Source of the DNA: Octopus bimaculoides
Taxonomy: Eukaryota
Assembly (NCBI RefSeq): GCF_001194135.2
Contig: NC_068982.1
Coordinates: 12,689,359 to 12,753,358, forward strand
Reading direction: 5' to 3'
Length of the DNA: 64,000 nucleotides
Each line of letters starts with the position of its first letter. Positions within the stretch are counted from its first letter, which is position 1. Positions 24,726 to 39,275 of this stretch are shown piece by piece. Under the pieces are notes generated by a model. The model did no database searches. It was given only the letters and a program-made list of their open reading frames with translations, and was not told where the DNA came from. The position numbers and the translations under genes were made by a program.

Positions 24726-25088
24726 ACAGTTCTATATTTAAGAGATGAAGAATTATGTACAATATTTACATTATTTATGTTTGATGGGTATTTGATTTGT
24801 CCTCATCTTGTTTGTTGTTAACACAACATTTCAGCTGATATACCCTCCAGCCTTCATCAGGTGTCTTGGGGAAATTTTGAACCTGGGTTCTCATCCTAAG
24901 GTATTTTTCAATGTTATTATTGTTATTATTATTATTATTATTATCATTATTATTCAGGTCACTGCCTGGAATCGAACTCAGAATCTTGGCGTTAGTAGCC
25001 TGCGCCCTTAACCGCTACACCATATGGCATAGTGGTTAAGAGCGCAGGCTACTAACACCAAGATTATGAGTTTGATTCCAGGCAGTGA

Positions 25089-25123
<35 letters not shown>

Positions 25124-25307
25124 GTAATAATAATAATAATAATAGTAATAATAATAATGATAATAATAACATTGAAAAATACCTTAGCAATGAGAACCAG
25201 GGTTCGAAATTTCTCCAAGACACCTGATGAAGGCTGGAGGGTATATCAGCTGAAATGTTGTGTTAACAACAAAGAAGATGAGGACAAATATCCATCAAAT
25301 GTAAATA
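24726..25307. mobile_element. Head-to-head palindromic dimer of SINE family E, 13-bp TSD, inserted in a family C SINE
   Basis: The arms meet at a shared CATATG (about 25021-25026). AGGTACTATTCAT is present at 24713-24725 and 25308-25320. The host SINE C continues on both sides. Confidence 0.9.
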
Positions 25308-25394
25308 AGGTACTATTCATGTTTGTCAGCTTAGTGGATTGGAGCAACGTGAAATAAAGTGTTTTGCTGAAAGTTATAGAGAGGAGCACTCCTT

Positions 25395-25700
25395 CAGTTA
25401 TGACAACGAGGGTCCCAGCTGATACAATCAATAGAACATCTTGCTCGTGAAATCAACGTGCAAGTGGTTGAGCACTCCACAGACACGCGTAACGTTTATT
25501 TAGTTCTCAGGGAGATTTGGTGTGACACAGACTGTGACAAGGCCGGCCCTTTGAAATACAGGTATTACTCATTTTTGCCAGCTGAGTGGACTGGAGCAGC
25601 ATGAAATAAAGTGTCTCGCTCAAGGACACAACACGTCACTGGGAATTGAACTCATGACCTTACAATTGTGAGTCGAATACCCTAACCACCAACCCATATA
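25395..25700 (-). mobile_element. SINE family C, near full length
   Basis: Minus strand: GGTTAGGGTATTCGACTCACAA..GAGTTCAATTCCC..GTGTCCTTGAGCGAGACACTT..CCAGTCCACTCAGCTGGCAAAAATGAGTA. Confidence 0.8.
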
Positions 25701-26229
25701 AATGCTTAGATTAGTACTTCTCATATATTTTTACTCATAACCTCCTGATGAAATTAAATTACTCCTGTGCTTGCTCCTATTACTCTGTAGATGATATATG
25801 TTGAAAAACAAATCTGTTTATCACTTGCATGGCAACTGTATTATATGAAAACAGTCTGTTGTAGATTACAAAAATGTCTGTTTCTATGCAGGAAAGACAA
25901 TGTATTAAAAAAAAAAAAAAGAATTATCTAGACATGAACCTATAAGAACTGCCACAGATTAACTTTATCAATGTGACTTTATTTACAATAAAAAAACTCT
26001 TTAAAAAAAAAAACAGCATATATATATATATATTAGGACAAAAATATTCTTATGCTTGGCAGTTTATTCAGTGTGAGTATTGTCGTTGGTGCAAACTCAC
26101 AAGTTTTTAATACCTCTCTGTAGTGTTGCTAGTGCAAATGAAGATCACCTTTCCTTTCAGATGTGAGCTTTTGGCAGTAGATCAATTACTCAGATGAAGC
26201 TAGATTCAACAAAAGGACAAAAAACCCAC

Positions 26230-26900
26230 TAACATATCATGGAGTGTGTACAAAAAATCTTGGACACAGCATTTTTAAATAAGCAATGCCCCCACTCCCT
26301 ATACCTGCCTACCCTAGAGACAATACCAAAGAATATAGTTTCCCTTGAAATAATCTCAATTTCTTCAAAAATTATTATTTGGTGTCTGTTATAAGCCTTC
26401 TTACTTAGAGAGGATATTAATTCCAGAACATACTCTAGTAGAAGAGCTTTGTTATTCCTTAAAACAGATTCATCAACTTGCAGGGCAAACTGCTTCCCAT
26501 GCAACTAGTTATTTTCCCCACATCCTCATCGTTTTCATCAAGGTACCTCAATACTAAGGAATTTCTCAAAAGGATGATTTTGGTAGCATCAAATGTATTC
26601 TGTAACATGACAGTTAAGATCTCAAAAGACTCCTCAGACAAAATAAAAATTTCATTGCTTATTAGATATGGCTGACAGCTTTTGCAATTATCTTCGTAAT
26701 GTCATAGAATGTAAGTAATCCATAGTCTGCTTCATTTCATAAAATGGTTTCTCTGCTCAGAAATCACTACTTGATATTTTTCTAAGTATTCAAGTAATTT
26801 GTCTCTCTTGCATTTGTGCTTTGTTGCTAAATGGTTTCACATTTTACACAGTTATGCTCTCATTTAAAAGTGCTACCATGCACGTAAGACTGTAGCTTTG
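26230..26900 (-). pseudogene. Decayed hAT transposase, Buster/Charlie (SCAND3/ZBED8-like) type
   Basis: Frameshifted translation YDITKIIAK...EILTVM..N..D.TK.I.L.N....YLDE..EDVGK..HGKQFALQVDES.LRNNKALLLEYV ... AVSKIFCTH resembles Buster-type transposases from memory. Confidence 0.75.
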
Positions 26901-28320
26901 TAATGCTCTCTGGTGGTAGAATAACATTGTAGGTCAATTATTTCAGAAATATTACCAACATTTTTTCCTTCATCACATTATTCATAGTTAATCTGTAAAA
27001 TAGATAAAAACCCAACTAAGGGTCATGGAGTATTAAGTTCAAAGAATTCACTAATCTTAAGCTCCGGGAACAACTTTGAAGGGAATTCTTCAACCACTGG
27101 CTCTAACTTACAGCATAACTAAGAGATCCTCATTACCTCAGTCACCCACCAGAGGTTACAATATACAGAGAACCTGACAGTACATTTGTTGTAGCTAAAT
27201 CCTTCCGTCCAAAAGAGTCTTCTCAAATCTTCTTGTTCTTCACATCACATCACTTCTCCTTCTCCCCTTTGCTTCCAATTATGTCCCACGACTGCTCCCT
27301 TCTGCTTACCTGGCATCTTCAGTGCATGACCCATTATGTCACATGTCACTAATTCCCCTGAATAATAAATGATAAGCAATGCTATTATCTTTGTTGTTAT
27401 CAATGCTATCATCTTTGTCTTTATAGTATCAATTACTAAGAATGAATGACATAAGTTAAACTTAAAACATATGTGATTAAAATATATAATTTGATTTATT
27501 TATGTACCTAACTCCAAGGTGCCATGCAAAAGCCCTCAGTACACTCTATGAATTGGTTGGCATTAGGAAGGGCACCCAACCATAGAAACCACTCCAAAAC
27601 AGACAATTGCAGCCTTGTGCAGCTTCCTGGCTTGCTAGCTTTTGTCAAACTGCCCAACTGATGCCAGCATGGAAAACGGATGTTAAATGATGATGTTGAT
27701 GAGTAGTGAAATCAATGTTGGGATGAACTTAATGGCTGATGGAAAATAGTAATCAAGTCCATGGGTTTCATTAAGTCAATATGTTGTAAGCAAGATGGGA
27801 ATCCAAAAGTTTGGGACAACCTTTCATCTCAGGTGACAAAAGCTATTCTAAAAGATTCCACAGGGTTCTGGCCATAAATATATGTTAAAGCAGAGAGAGA
27901 GAGAGAGAGGGGGGACTATGTTTACCAAGTCAGGCTGGTGTGAATTAAAAAATAATATGAGCGAGAACTCGTAGCAGGATGTAAATCAGTATACTTTAAA
28001 AAGTAAATCATTGAGATTAGAATGAACTTGGAATGACCTGACAGATAAAGTGAAAAGTAGGAGGGGGTTAGATCATCATATGCAAAACAGATGGTAATAG
28101 AAGGACAGGGGAAAGAAAGTGCTTGGTGTTTGTAGCTCAAATGACAAGGTAAAACATTGAATAGATGCGTAGCAGTATAAATTATTCAATTGCAACTAGT
28201 GAAGGAAGGAAATATTTTTGTGTGATATGGAAAAAGAAATCTGTGGAAAAAATGATGAGAGGATTATAAACATATACAGTATATGTGTGTAGGTACACAA
28301 ATACATGCACACATACATGT

Positions 28321-28386
<66 letters not shown>

Positions 28387-28562
28387 GAAACAAACAAATG
28401 AATGAAGATAATATCACATTTATTATTCAAATATAACTATTTAAATAACAGGTGGGATGGATACATGATTTAACATGGTTGGACATATATAAACAGCAAC
28501 AATGCTGTTTCATATTACATGAAAATACAATCCTGTCATTTCATACTGAATATGTACACAGA

Positions 28563-28601
<39 letters not shown>

Positions 28602-28652
28602 TTATGTATAGATCATATACATGTGTGTGTGTGTGTGTTTGTGTGTGCTTTT

Positions 28653-28696
<44 letters not shown>

Positions 28697-31600
28697 TGTG
28701 TCGTCTTCATTGTTTAGTAGTAATTACAGAGAGAGATAGAATGATGTTGTAAGAGAACAGAATTAGAGCTTAGTGAGAGTTGTAGGGTGTGGGACGTTGT
28801 CTCACAGTTGCTGACAATGAACTTCATTTCTTCCTCTGGCCAAGGTTCTAGCTGGTCAGTCTGACTTCGTTCTCACTGAGTCGTCATCATGTGACTGGAC
28901 TGGTGCTTTTGCTTGGGGTTTCTTGCTTTTATAACAATCCAGAAGGATAGACATATCATTGAGAACAATAGATTTAGTTGGTGGTCTTGTTATCTCTATT
29001 CTAGCTTTTGGTGGAGTAGAAGAGGTTAGAAAGGGTCAAGTGGTGAAGACATTATTTCGGCCTAGCTAAAGGCATCTGGAAAATGTAAAACTGCTGTCAG
29101 AGAAAAACTATTGTTCCACCGTGGGGAAAAGTTCTGTTGCAGTGTTAATTTAAATTTGGCTATGGTGGATCGAATCCACCTCATGCATGCAAGATCCACT
29201 ACATATATATGGTACCTCGAAGTCAACAGAAGTAGCTTCTATCTGGGTGTTCAGTCAGTTAGATATAGCAGTCAAATTTCCCTCAAATCACGTTTTACCA
29301 TCTTAAATAAACACCTGACATACATCTAACAAAGCAGCACGGTCAGCGTTGAGGCACTTTTCATAGGTCTGCTTAGCGTAGAACTATGACTAAACAACAA
29401 CAGCATCGTTACCATCATCATTACAACCATTCTTTAAACCATTAAACCATTATTTTACGAAGACAAAGAAATATCTCTATTACTCATTTGAATTAAGAAG
29501 ACAACAATGAAAGCAAATTGTTTTTTATGTATTTTGTTTAAAAAGATATATTTTACTTTTACAGCTTATAATTTTAATTGATGGAGACTAGATCAAACTA
29601 TCTTTTGTAGCCATTATAGAAATAATTTGTAATATATTTAGAACTTTTAATAATATTCAGTCAGAGTCTAGTTTATAATTGGCAAATCAGATATTTTTTT
29701 ATTCATTCCCAAGACGTCTTTTCCAGTTCTTAGATATTTAGTTAATATGATTCAACCAAATGTAAGCCTGTCTTGGGGGAATAAATAGACCTCAATGGAA
29801 GATTTATGTGGTAACTTTCAGTTTCTCTATTGTAATAGATATCAAACTTGGTGTTTTATTCATGCATACAGCTCTTTGTATCTGTTGGCTTACTTAGCGT
29901 CAGCTGGGGTGTATGTGTATGAAATAGGTAGTTTGTCAGTTAGGTAATCAATTTCTCTTTCTATTGAATTCTGAGATCATTGATGCAACTAGCAAAACTT
30001 TTTGAGTTCTTATCCTTTATATTTCTGATTTTCTGACTGTAAAAGAAATAATCACCTGCCACAAAATATTTCCATCTTAATTTATTTTGATTGTTAATAA
30101 AGCTTTCCTTCCATCTATTGCTCATATTTTATTAGGCAGTAAACAAAATAAAACGAAAGAAATGTCAAAGAATAAAATAAGCAATAATATAATATATTCA
30201 TGTATTTTCCTTTCTTCAATTCTGGAAACAAAATGAAATATATAAAAAAAAAAAAAAACTAAAAAGAGATATTTACAAAAATAGAAATTATATTTCATCC
30301 TTTGTTCTCATTCTTGGGTTCACTGCCAGAAAGCTCAACATTGCTTCAATATAGCTTTTCATGTATAAAAATGATTGAAAGAGAGACTTTGAAAAGAAAT
30401 GAATACATTATTGAGGAAAAGTGTGTCTGTAATGATAGGGGTACACTTTCATTTAGTAACAGATACTATGCTTCTACTTCAGACAAGTGAAAGTTCATAT
30501 ATAGAAATTAATTTATTGTTGATATAATACAGACAGGGAAATAATACAAAATATTATCATAAGAAAGATTTGAAAATCAGAGATAAAATCAGAGTTACTT
30601 CTGGAAAGGTTATGAAAAGATAGATGCACAAAAATTTCTTTCCAAATTGATAAAATAGTTTTGTCTTGTGTACATTGATAACTACTAGCCTATCAAGGAT
30701 GTTAGAAGAAGGCATAGCAGCAACGTTTCCCATTTTTCTAGCCTTTGGAGTTAATAGAGCTGATCAAAATTGACTCTATTTTCACCTTTGTGTGCCTGGT
30801 AAATAAATATTTTGTAAAAATTTTGATCTGACTTTATGCATATTTAAAAATCTATATGTTGATCTAGAAAAATCTTATCTTGTTATATCAAGTAAGATAG
30901 CTTATCTTGCAATATCAAAAAAAATTATATCTGCATTTATTGTATTCTAAATTAACTCAAACTTTTCCGATTTCAAATTGTTAAAAGATAAATCTGAAAG
31001 ACTAAGCTTGATCAATGAAGATGAAATGCTAAAGATTTAATTGTGAGGTTATGGTTGAGGCAACCAGAATACAACAGCATTAGTAAGAAGGAAATAAGTG
31101 GTGCTATTACAATTCATAATATGAGAACACAGTTCAACTAACGTGTGTAAAATAAAGATAATGGAATTTCAAGTTGAATGTAAATCAAAACGTTTGTTCT
31201 AGATGTAATGTCATTCTTAATGTTGTAATAAGACAATTTATCAAATTAACATTTACTTAACATTCCATGAATTCATATTGTAAAAATATCATTATCTCAC
31301 ATCATTATTTATTTATTTTTGCTTTCATATTTGTTGTATTTTTGATTCCATTATTTGCATTCATGCCAGGTTAGTTCACTCACTCATCATATAACAGTTT
31401 GGAAAGTTGCGTTTCTATTATATTTAAACAACAAAGGTTGGAATCTTTAGAAAAGATCACAAGGAAAGAAAAATTGAATGTGATAACTTGGTATTTAGCT
31501 AATTTATTTGAGATACATTAAATATCTAAATTAAATGATAGATGCATGATCTCCTAGAACAATACATAGCATGAGTGCTATGTCCTACTTTAAAACAATT

Positions 31601-32851
31601 TATTCTATTTCATTTAATATAGTTAGGTGCAAAATAGTTTCTTGCTAAGAAAAGTATCATGCTATTCTTTCATCCTAATAATTGTTTGGTGTTGTCTAAA
31701 GTTGTGTATCATTACATATATATTAACATGCTTGCAACTATCATTTCCATATAGAATTTTGTACAAAATGTATTTTGTCATTGTTCTCAGTTGATATTGG
31801 TGATACTAATTTTTGATTTTTCAAATTTGTTTATGTTATTTTATATCTTTACATTTAAATTTCTTGTTTCAGTTAGTATATATGATACAGGTTTATGAAT
31901 ATGATATTATGGCATGATATACGATATTGCAAAATGTTGATAGCTTCTGTCTACATTACCAAAATTATTTGAATATATTATTCTTTTTATCAGTGTCTAA
32001 GATATTTTCACTTAAGTGTTATAAAAGATACTATTAGAGTGTCATACCAAAACTTGATTACAAGAATATCAGGTGTATTCTTCATACATTGATTTTAGTG
32101 AACTGCCAGTAGTTACAGGGAAGTCAGTCAATTTGTTTCCATTTAGACTGTGAAATGATCATTGCTATTCTGTGGTATGATAAATATATCCTAGAGTGAA
32201 ATTTTTGTTGATGGCTTTTAGGTTTTCATTTTATCAGCAAAATCTAACCAAATTTACTTTGTCTTTTCATTTAGTGTAGTTTATTCTTTTGAAGGTTACA
32301 GTCATGACTGACACCAAGCTGAGATACTACATTTAAGGGTTTTAACCAATTATATCAATCCAATACTTAGACTGGTACTTATTTGATCGATCTCTACTTT
32401 TCAATGTGTTAGTGTTTATTGACATATTAACTTATGTCACTTTTCACAAGTTAAATCCCTAAGGGTTGTAAGAAACGCATGTTGCACCGATTTGCACTGC
32501 TATGCACATACACAAAAACAACATTCATGCACACATATATACATACATGTGCATCCACACATACACAAACCTACCTATGCATTCAAGCAAACATTATTAT
32601 TCATGTATATATCTTTTATCTTTTATGTGTTTCAGTGACATGCTGAGGTACAACCTTGAAGGGTTTACCTGCATAAATTGACACCAGTACTTATTTTGAA
32701 GCCTGCCCCTCATTGTGTCAGTCTCCTTTTGCTGAACGGTTAATCTACAGGGATGTAAACAAACTAATGTCAGTTATCAAATAGTGGTAGGGAACAAACA
32801 CAAAGACATGCACACATACCCACACATCTGTGTGCAGACAATTCACTGACA

Positions 32852-32990
32852 AGCAATTCCCACATGGCCTCAGACACAACACAGAGGCCTACATCAAGTG
32901 CCTAGAGGAGGCTGTGCTGCCCTAGGTCAATAGGGTGGCTACTGGAACACCCTATGTCTGGCAACAGGACTCTATACCATACCACATAAC
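32852..32990 (+). pseudogene. Tc1/mariner (DD37D/maT-like) transposase fragment
   Basis: FPHGLRHNTEAYIKCLEEAVLP*VNRVATGTPYVWQQDSIPYH, including the second catalytic D in the QQDSAP-like motif. Confidence 0.75.
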
Positions 32991-33049
32991 TATCCTGTCT
33001 GTAAGTTGTCTGTTGGCCAACTGTCTGTTGACAAGTTGTCCGTCTACCC

Positions 33050-34340
33050 ACACATCATCATCATCATCATTTAGCATCTGTTTTTCATGCAGGCATGGGT
33101 CAGACATTTTGACTGGAACTGGTAAGCTGGAGAGCTGCACCAGGTTCCAGTCTGTTTTGGCTTGGTTTTTATGGCTGAATGCCCTTCTTAATGACAAGGG
33201 CATCCTTGTCTTAATGGATGCCCTTGTCTTCCATTAAGACAAGGGCATCCATTGTCTTAATGGATGCCCTTGTCCACAGAATGCACTGAGTACCTTTAAC
33301 ATGTCACTGGCATGGGTACCTTTTATGTGCCACTGGCATGGGTACCTTTTATGTGTCACCAGCACTGGTTACTACAATCATTTCACTTAGCTTGACATGT
33401 CTTCTCATGCACAGCAAATCACCAAAAGTCTCTGTCACTTGTTATCGCTTCTGTGAGACTCAAGATCATATTTCACCATCTCATCCAACATCTTCCTTGG
33501 TGTATCTCTTCAGCAGGTTCCCTCCACACTAAGAAATTGGCACTTCTTTAAGGAGCTGTCCTCATCCATACATATCACATGGCCTTACCAGTGCAATCTT
33601 CTCTCTTGCACACTCCATGTAATGCCAATTATACCCAATTTTCTCTTATGACACTTACACTCTGTTGCACATGCACATTGACATTGCACATCCAGAAGAA
33701 CACACTAGCTTCATTTCTTTCAAGATTTTGCATATCCTTAGGGCTCACAGCCCATGTTTCACTGCCATGTAGCATGGCTATTTGCACACAAGTATCATAC
33801 AAGCTGCCCTTCAATCTGAGGGAGAGGCTCTTTGTCACCAATAAAGGTAACAGCTTTCTGAACTTTGCTCAGTCCATTCTTATTCTAGATATTATACTCT
33901 TGGAGCATCCACCTTCACTACTGACTTTGTCACCTAGGTAACAGAAAGTTGTCTACTACTAAATATCCCCCTGGCATTTGATGAAGTCTATTCTTTGTAC
34001 ATCCCTAGTGTTTATTATACCTACACATCTAACACATGTAAAAACTACTTCCTCTGTTAACCTTCCTCTGATATTGCTGCACCTCTTGTATGCCCATAGC
34101 TCGCACTGGATACATCTTAATGAGTTTCTACCTACACCTTTTCTACATATCAAACAGAGCCATCTTCCAGAAGGGATTTGTGATTTCTCTGTTTTCCTAC
34201 TTATCAAGACTTTGGTCTTTGCTAAATTAACTGTAAGGCCTTTTCATTCCAGGCCTTGCTTCCATGCCTGAAACTTTTCTAGTCCTCGTAGTGTTCAGCT
34301 ATAAGGACAAGGTCATTACTCCTATCTGTACACTGAACTC
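33050..34340 (-). mobile_element. RTE-like LINE 3' third (decayed ORF2 with Cys-rich PHD-like segment) and tail
   Basis: WLCLICRKGVGRNSLRCIQCELW..KRCS..GRL...FTC.RC, then LYDTCVQIAMLHGSETWA..MQNLERNEAS..WMCNV, then the tail motifs and (CAT)n. Confidence 0.8.
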
Positions 34341-35744
34341 ATTACCATACTTGTTGCAATGAATTCAGTGATGTACAAAAGACTTCTTTCAGTTTCCATC
34401 TACCAAATCTACACATAAGGCTTTAGTCGACCCAGGGCTATAATAAAAGACACATTTGTGCTTGTGTATCTTTTTTCCATATAGATTAATAAACACGAAC
34501 ACACCACCAATAAAACCATTGGACTGACATTTTCAAAATAAAATCCTTTTTGTATTCTGCCTGAGTTACAGAACAGATCTCTGTCACTCTTGGCAACAAA
34601 ATTATTCTTCAATGTATTCATGATCGGTTGAATCTAAAACTGAATATACATAGATTCTAGTTGTGCAAAGTATCTCACAAGAAATTACCTTTTCACTAAG
34701 CCCATATGACCGTTCAAAGATTTGTAAGAGCATAAAAAGAGAATCGAATGTTCTTCAAGAAGAAAGAGTATAAACTGAGCTGTTTTTATACCGATCTTCT
34801 TCCTCATGGCATTCTATTTTCTTAATTGTTCTTATTCTGTAAACACTAGAGAAATACACAAAATTTGAAATGAGTTTTCATTAAAACTTATGTCTGATTT
34901 TCCAGACATTTGCTTATTTAATCTTTGGAGTAGTAATTCTTAGTTGTATTCCCTTCAGATAATGAATTGCTGTATCATAAATTAAAACTGATATCCATTA
35001 CTTATTTATATAGAATGAGATAAATTGAGTTATATTTCTGCTCAGTAATGTGACTAAAATTAATCTAATTCATTTTTCATTCCCAAGTCGAATCAGATTC
35101 TTTAGTCAAGGCAAAAAAAGGGAAACCGAAAAAAAAACAACAAAAAACAAACAAAAACAAATTTAACAAATGAAGCCACTAGTTTTATTGCATTAAAAAA
35201 CAAATATTGTTATTTAATAATATTTATCCAGTATTATAAAATATCAAATCTCTTATGAATATCAATAAAATACTATTTTTGTTTTTTTCTGTTTTGTTTC
35301 GGTTTGTTTCTTTACATAAGCTTTGTAATCTCTGTAGACATCAAGTCTTCTTGATGACAGTCTACTGGTCCCTATCAAATGAAGTGTATTACATTATATC
35401 TGATAAAAAACAAAAAAAAACAACAAAAAACAGTTGAGATAAAAGCCTACAGCTCAGCATTAAACAAATATTTTTATTAATGTAGTAACAGATCTAACAC
35501 CACTGTAGTTGCTATTTCTTGAAATTCTAAATTTATCCCAGTAGGTAATCTCTCTTTCAAATAAAACACTTCTAAAAATCAAATCTCAATAGATATTTCC
35601 TGACATGAACAGTACTTGTACACTCTATTAATCTTTGCTTTTTCCCTTGTGACTATTGTCTGAAACAGACTATCTATTAGAAATCAACCAAATAGAGTTC
35701 TCTGTTTCTCTCTCTCTTAATCTTTTTCCTGTTACATGCAAAGT

Positions 35745-35886
35745 TTATATATACACACATATAAATATACACATATATATACATATATATATAAATGTAT
35801 GTATGTATGTATGTATGTATGAATGTATACACACACACACACACATATATATACATATATATATATATACACATATATACATACAT

Positions 35887-35938
<52 letters not shown>

Positions 35939-36165
35939 GTGTATATATATATATATANNNNNNNNNNNNNNNNNATGTGTATATATGTATGTGTGTGTAT
36001 ATAGATATATATATATATATATGTGTACCTATACTTAATGAACGTTAAATGATGATGATGATGACATATACTTAACACACATACACACACTATATGTATG
36101 TGTGTGTATTTAGACACACATACACACACGCACACACATACGCATAGTTATATATGTATATTATG
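35745..36165. repeat. (TA)n/(CA)n/(TATG)n microsatellite block with a small gap
   Basis: Seen directly. Confidence 0.95.
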
Positions 36166-38264
36166 TATGCATATATTTGTATTCTCTTTCCTTTCCTTCT
36201 TTGTACAACATAAAAAGTTAAAAAAATAAAACAATAATTTGTAGACTATTGGAGACTAACACTGGCAAGTAAACACAATTTTGATAGTTAAGCTAATAAT
36301 AATCATCAATCTCTAGGGTATATTAAGAAGAAAGCTGAAATATTAATATCAAAGAGAAAAATTCAAGTATTAACTGAAGACAAAGTTCATCACATGGCAG
36401 ACAGAAGCCATCTTCTTAAAAAATAAATCTGTCTCAGTAGATAAGAAAAGAAAAAAAAATACACACAGCTTAATTATAGGAAAACATTGTTCTCTGTATT
36501 TTATCACAGATAAAAATGTTGTTTATAAGATCATCAATAGAGTAGTTTTACTAAACATGATTTTAATATAAAGAAAACAGTGTATAAATTAGCTAATAGA
36601 AACAGAATATTTTATAAGAACCTCCATTGATTTAATATTTTTTTAACTTAATCAATAAATAATTTAGCTAAATCTATTGCATCTCAATTGAATTTACAAA
36701 ATATTGAGGTATACTGTCCATAAACACCATTGAATATATTTTTCATTACATTTTTTTATTGGTTATTGTTTGCAGATGATCATGTGTAAAGATAAAAAAA
36801 AAACCAAATAAAGAAATATTTTTGCCTTATTTTGACAAGATATCAAGGAAAAGGATATGTATGAATGACATCAATAAAATTTCCATATTTTTTAAACATT
36901 AAATATTAATTTTCTTTTTGACTAAGAATATATATAAGGTTTCATATTTAAGTTTTTCAGGTAAGAATTAGATTTATTATAAATAAGTATTTTTTGAAAG
37001 ACTTTGCTTTGAATTGAATGTTAGAATTCTTTATATTATGCAAATTTCTGCTGCTTTGCATACACCTTTAATTTGCAAAAAATTATATAAGTTTGGCAAA
37101 CTTCGATGTATATATGTTTTTGAAGTTCTTTATTTTAGCCATTACAAAGATGGAGGACCACTTTTATAAATATGCATATAAGCAAACTTCTTAACTAGTC
37201 TATTCCTGCCTCTTTTTCTCTCTCTTTTGCCTTCTTCTCTTTCTCCTCGCATCTCCTACCAACTCACTTCTCTGTTGCTTTCTGTCTCTCAGCCCTCCAC
37301 CACTCTTTCTCTCTCCTACCACGTGAGCCGTGACCATTCCTCTCTCTCTTTCATTTCCTTTTACACCTGACCGCTGACTTGTTCAGTCACATTTCTTATG
37401 CTTCATTCTCTACTTTGAATATGGTTTGTTTTTTCTACCATCCATTTTTCTTACCTTTCATTCTGTTTTTCCACCTGTCTCCTTTCTGTTTCCAGTCCTA
37501 TAGAACATTTTCCTTTCCTTTGCATAACCCATATATTCATTTCATCATAGAGTTGCACGGCCTTACTTTGTTTGTATATTGTATTTTTATTTCATTTTGT
37601 TTGTCTGTTCACATCTGTGTTGCGTTTTGTTTTGATTACTGTCCCCAACATCCATTCGCTATTCCCAACAGCTTCTCACTGTTGATTCCACCAGAAGTGA
37701 ACAATAGTGAACAATAGTGAACAATAGTGAACACACACACACACACGTGCACATGTATATGATGTGCTTCTTTCAGTTTCCATCAGCAAAATCCACTCAC
37801 AAAGCTTTGGTCGCCCTACAGCTTTAGTAGGAAAAACACGGTGCCACACAGTAGAAATGAAACCAGAACCATGTGGTTGGAAGGCAGACTTCTCACCACA
37901 CAACCACACCTTTGTGTTCGTTCATCGTTTAACGTCTGCTTTTCATGCTAGCATGGGTTGGACAGTATATATGATCCAATTGCTGGGGCGTTGCACTCAT
38001 GACCACGAGATCCTGATTTCGATTCCCAGACCACCAGGTGGTGTATTGTATTCTTTTGTAGAGCATCCCATTTCACATAGCTCTTTGATCATTTCAATGT
38101 CTGACGTATGACACACTTGTGCATCTGTACACTTAATGTCAATTTGCTGGAGGGAGTGAACATACAAGCAACACAAACATTTGTTCACATTCAACAAATC
38201 ATTTATGTGGTAGTTTGGCAAGAAACTGCAGAATGCTCATCCATCATTTAATGATAGGAGAGTG

Positions 38265-39275
<1,011 letters not shown>

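Noticed and set aside
28760-29100. GC-richer protein-like stretch on the minus strand behind an acceptor-like ttttccag
   Set aside because: All three frames stop soon after the acceptor; it may be a decayed TE, but I cannot assign it.
29700-31030. Several short plus-strand segments with plausible splice sites (e.g. VLRYLVNMIQPN, PLELIELIKIDSIFTFVCL)
   Set aside because: They are too short, and of a kind expected by chance in AT-rich DNA, with no recognisable homology.
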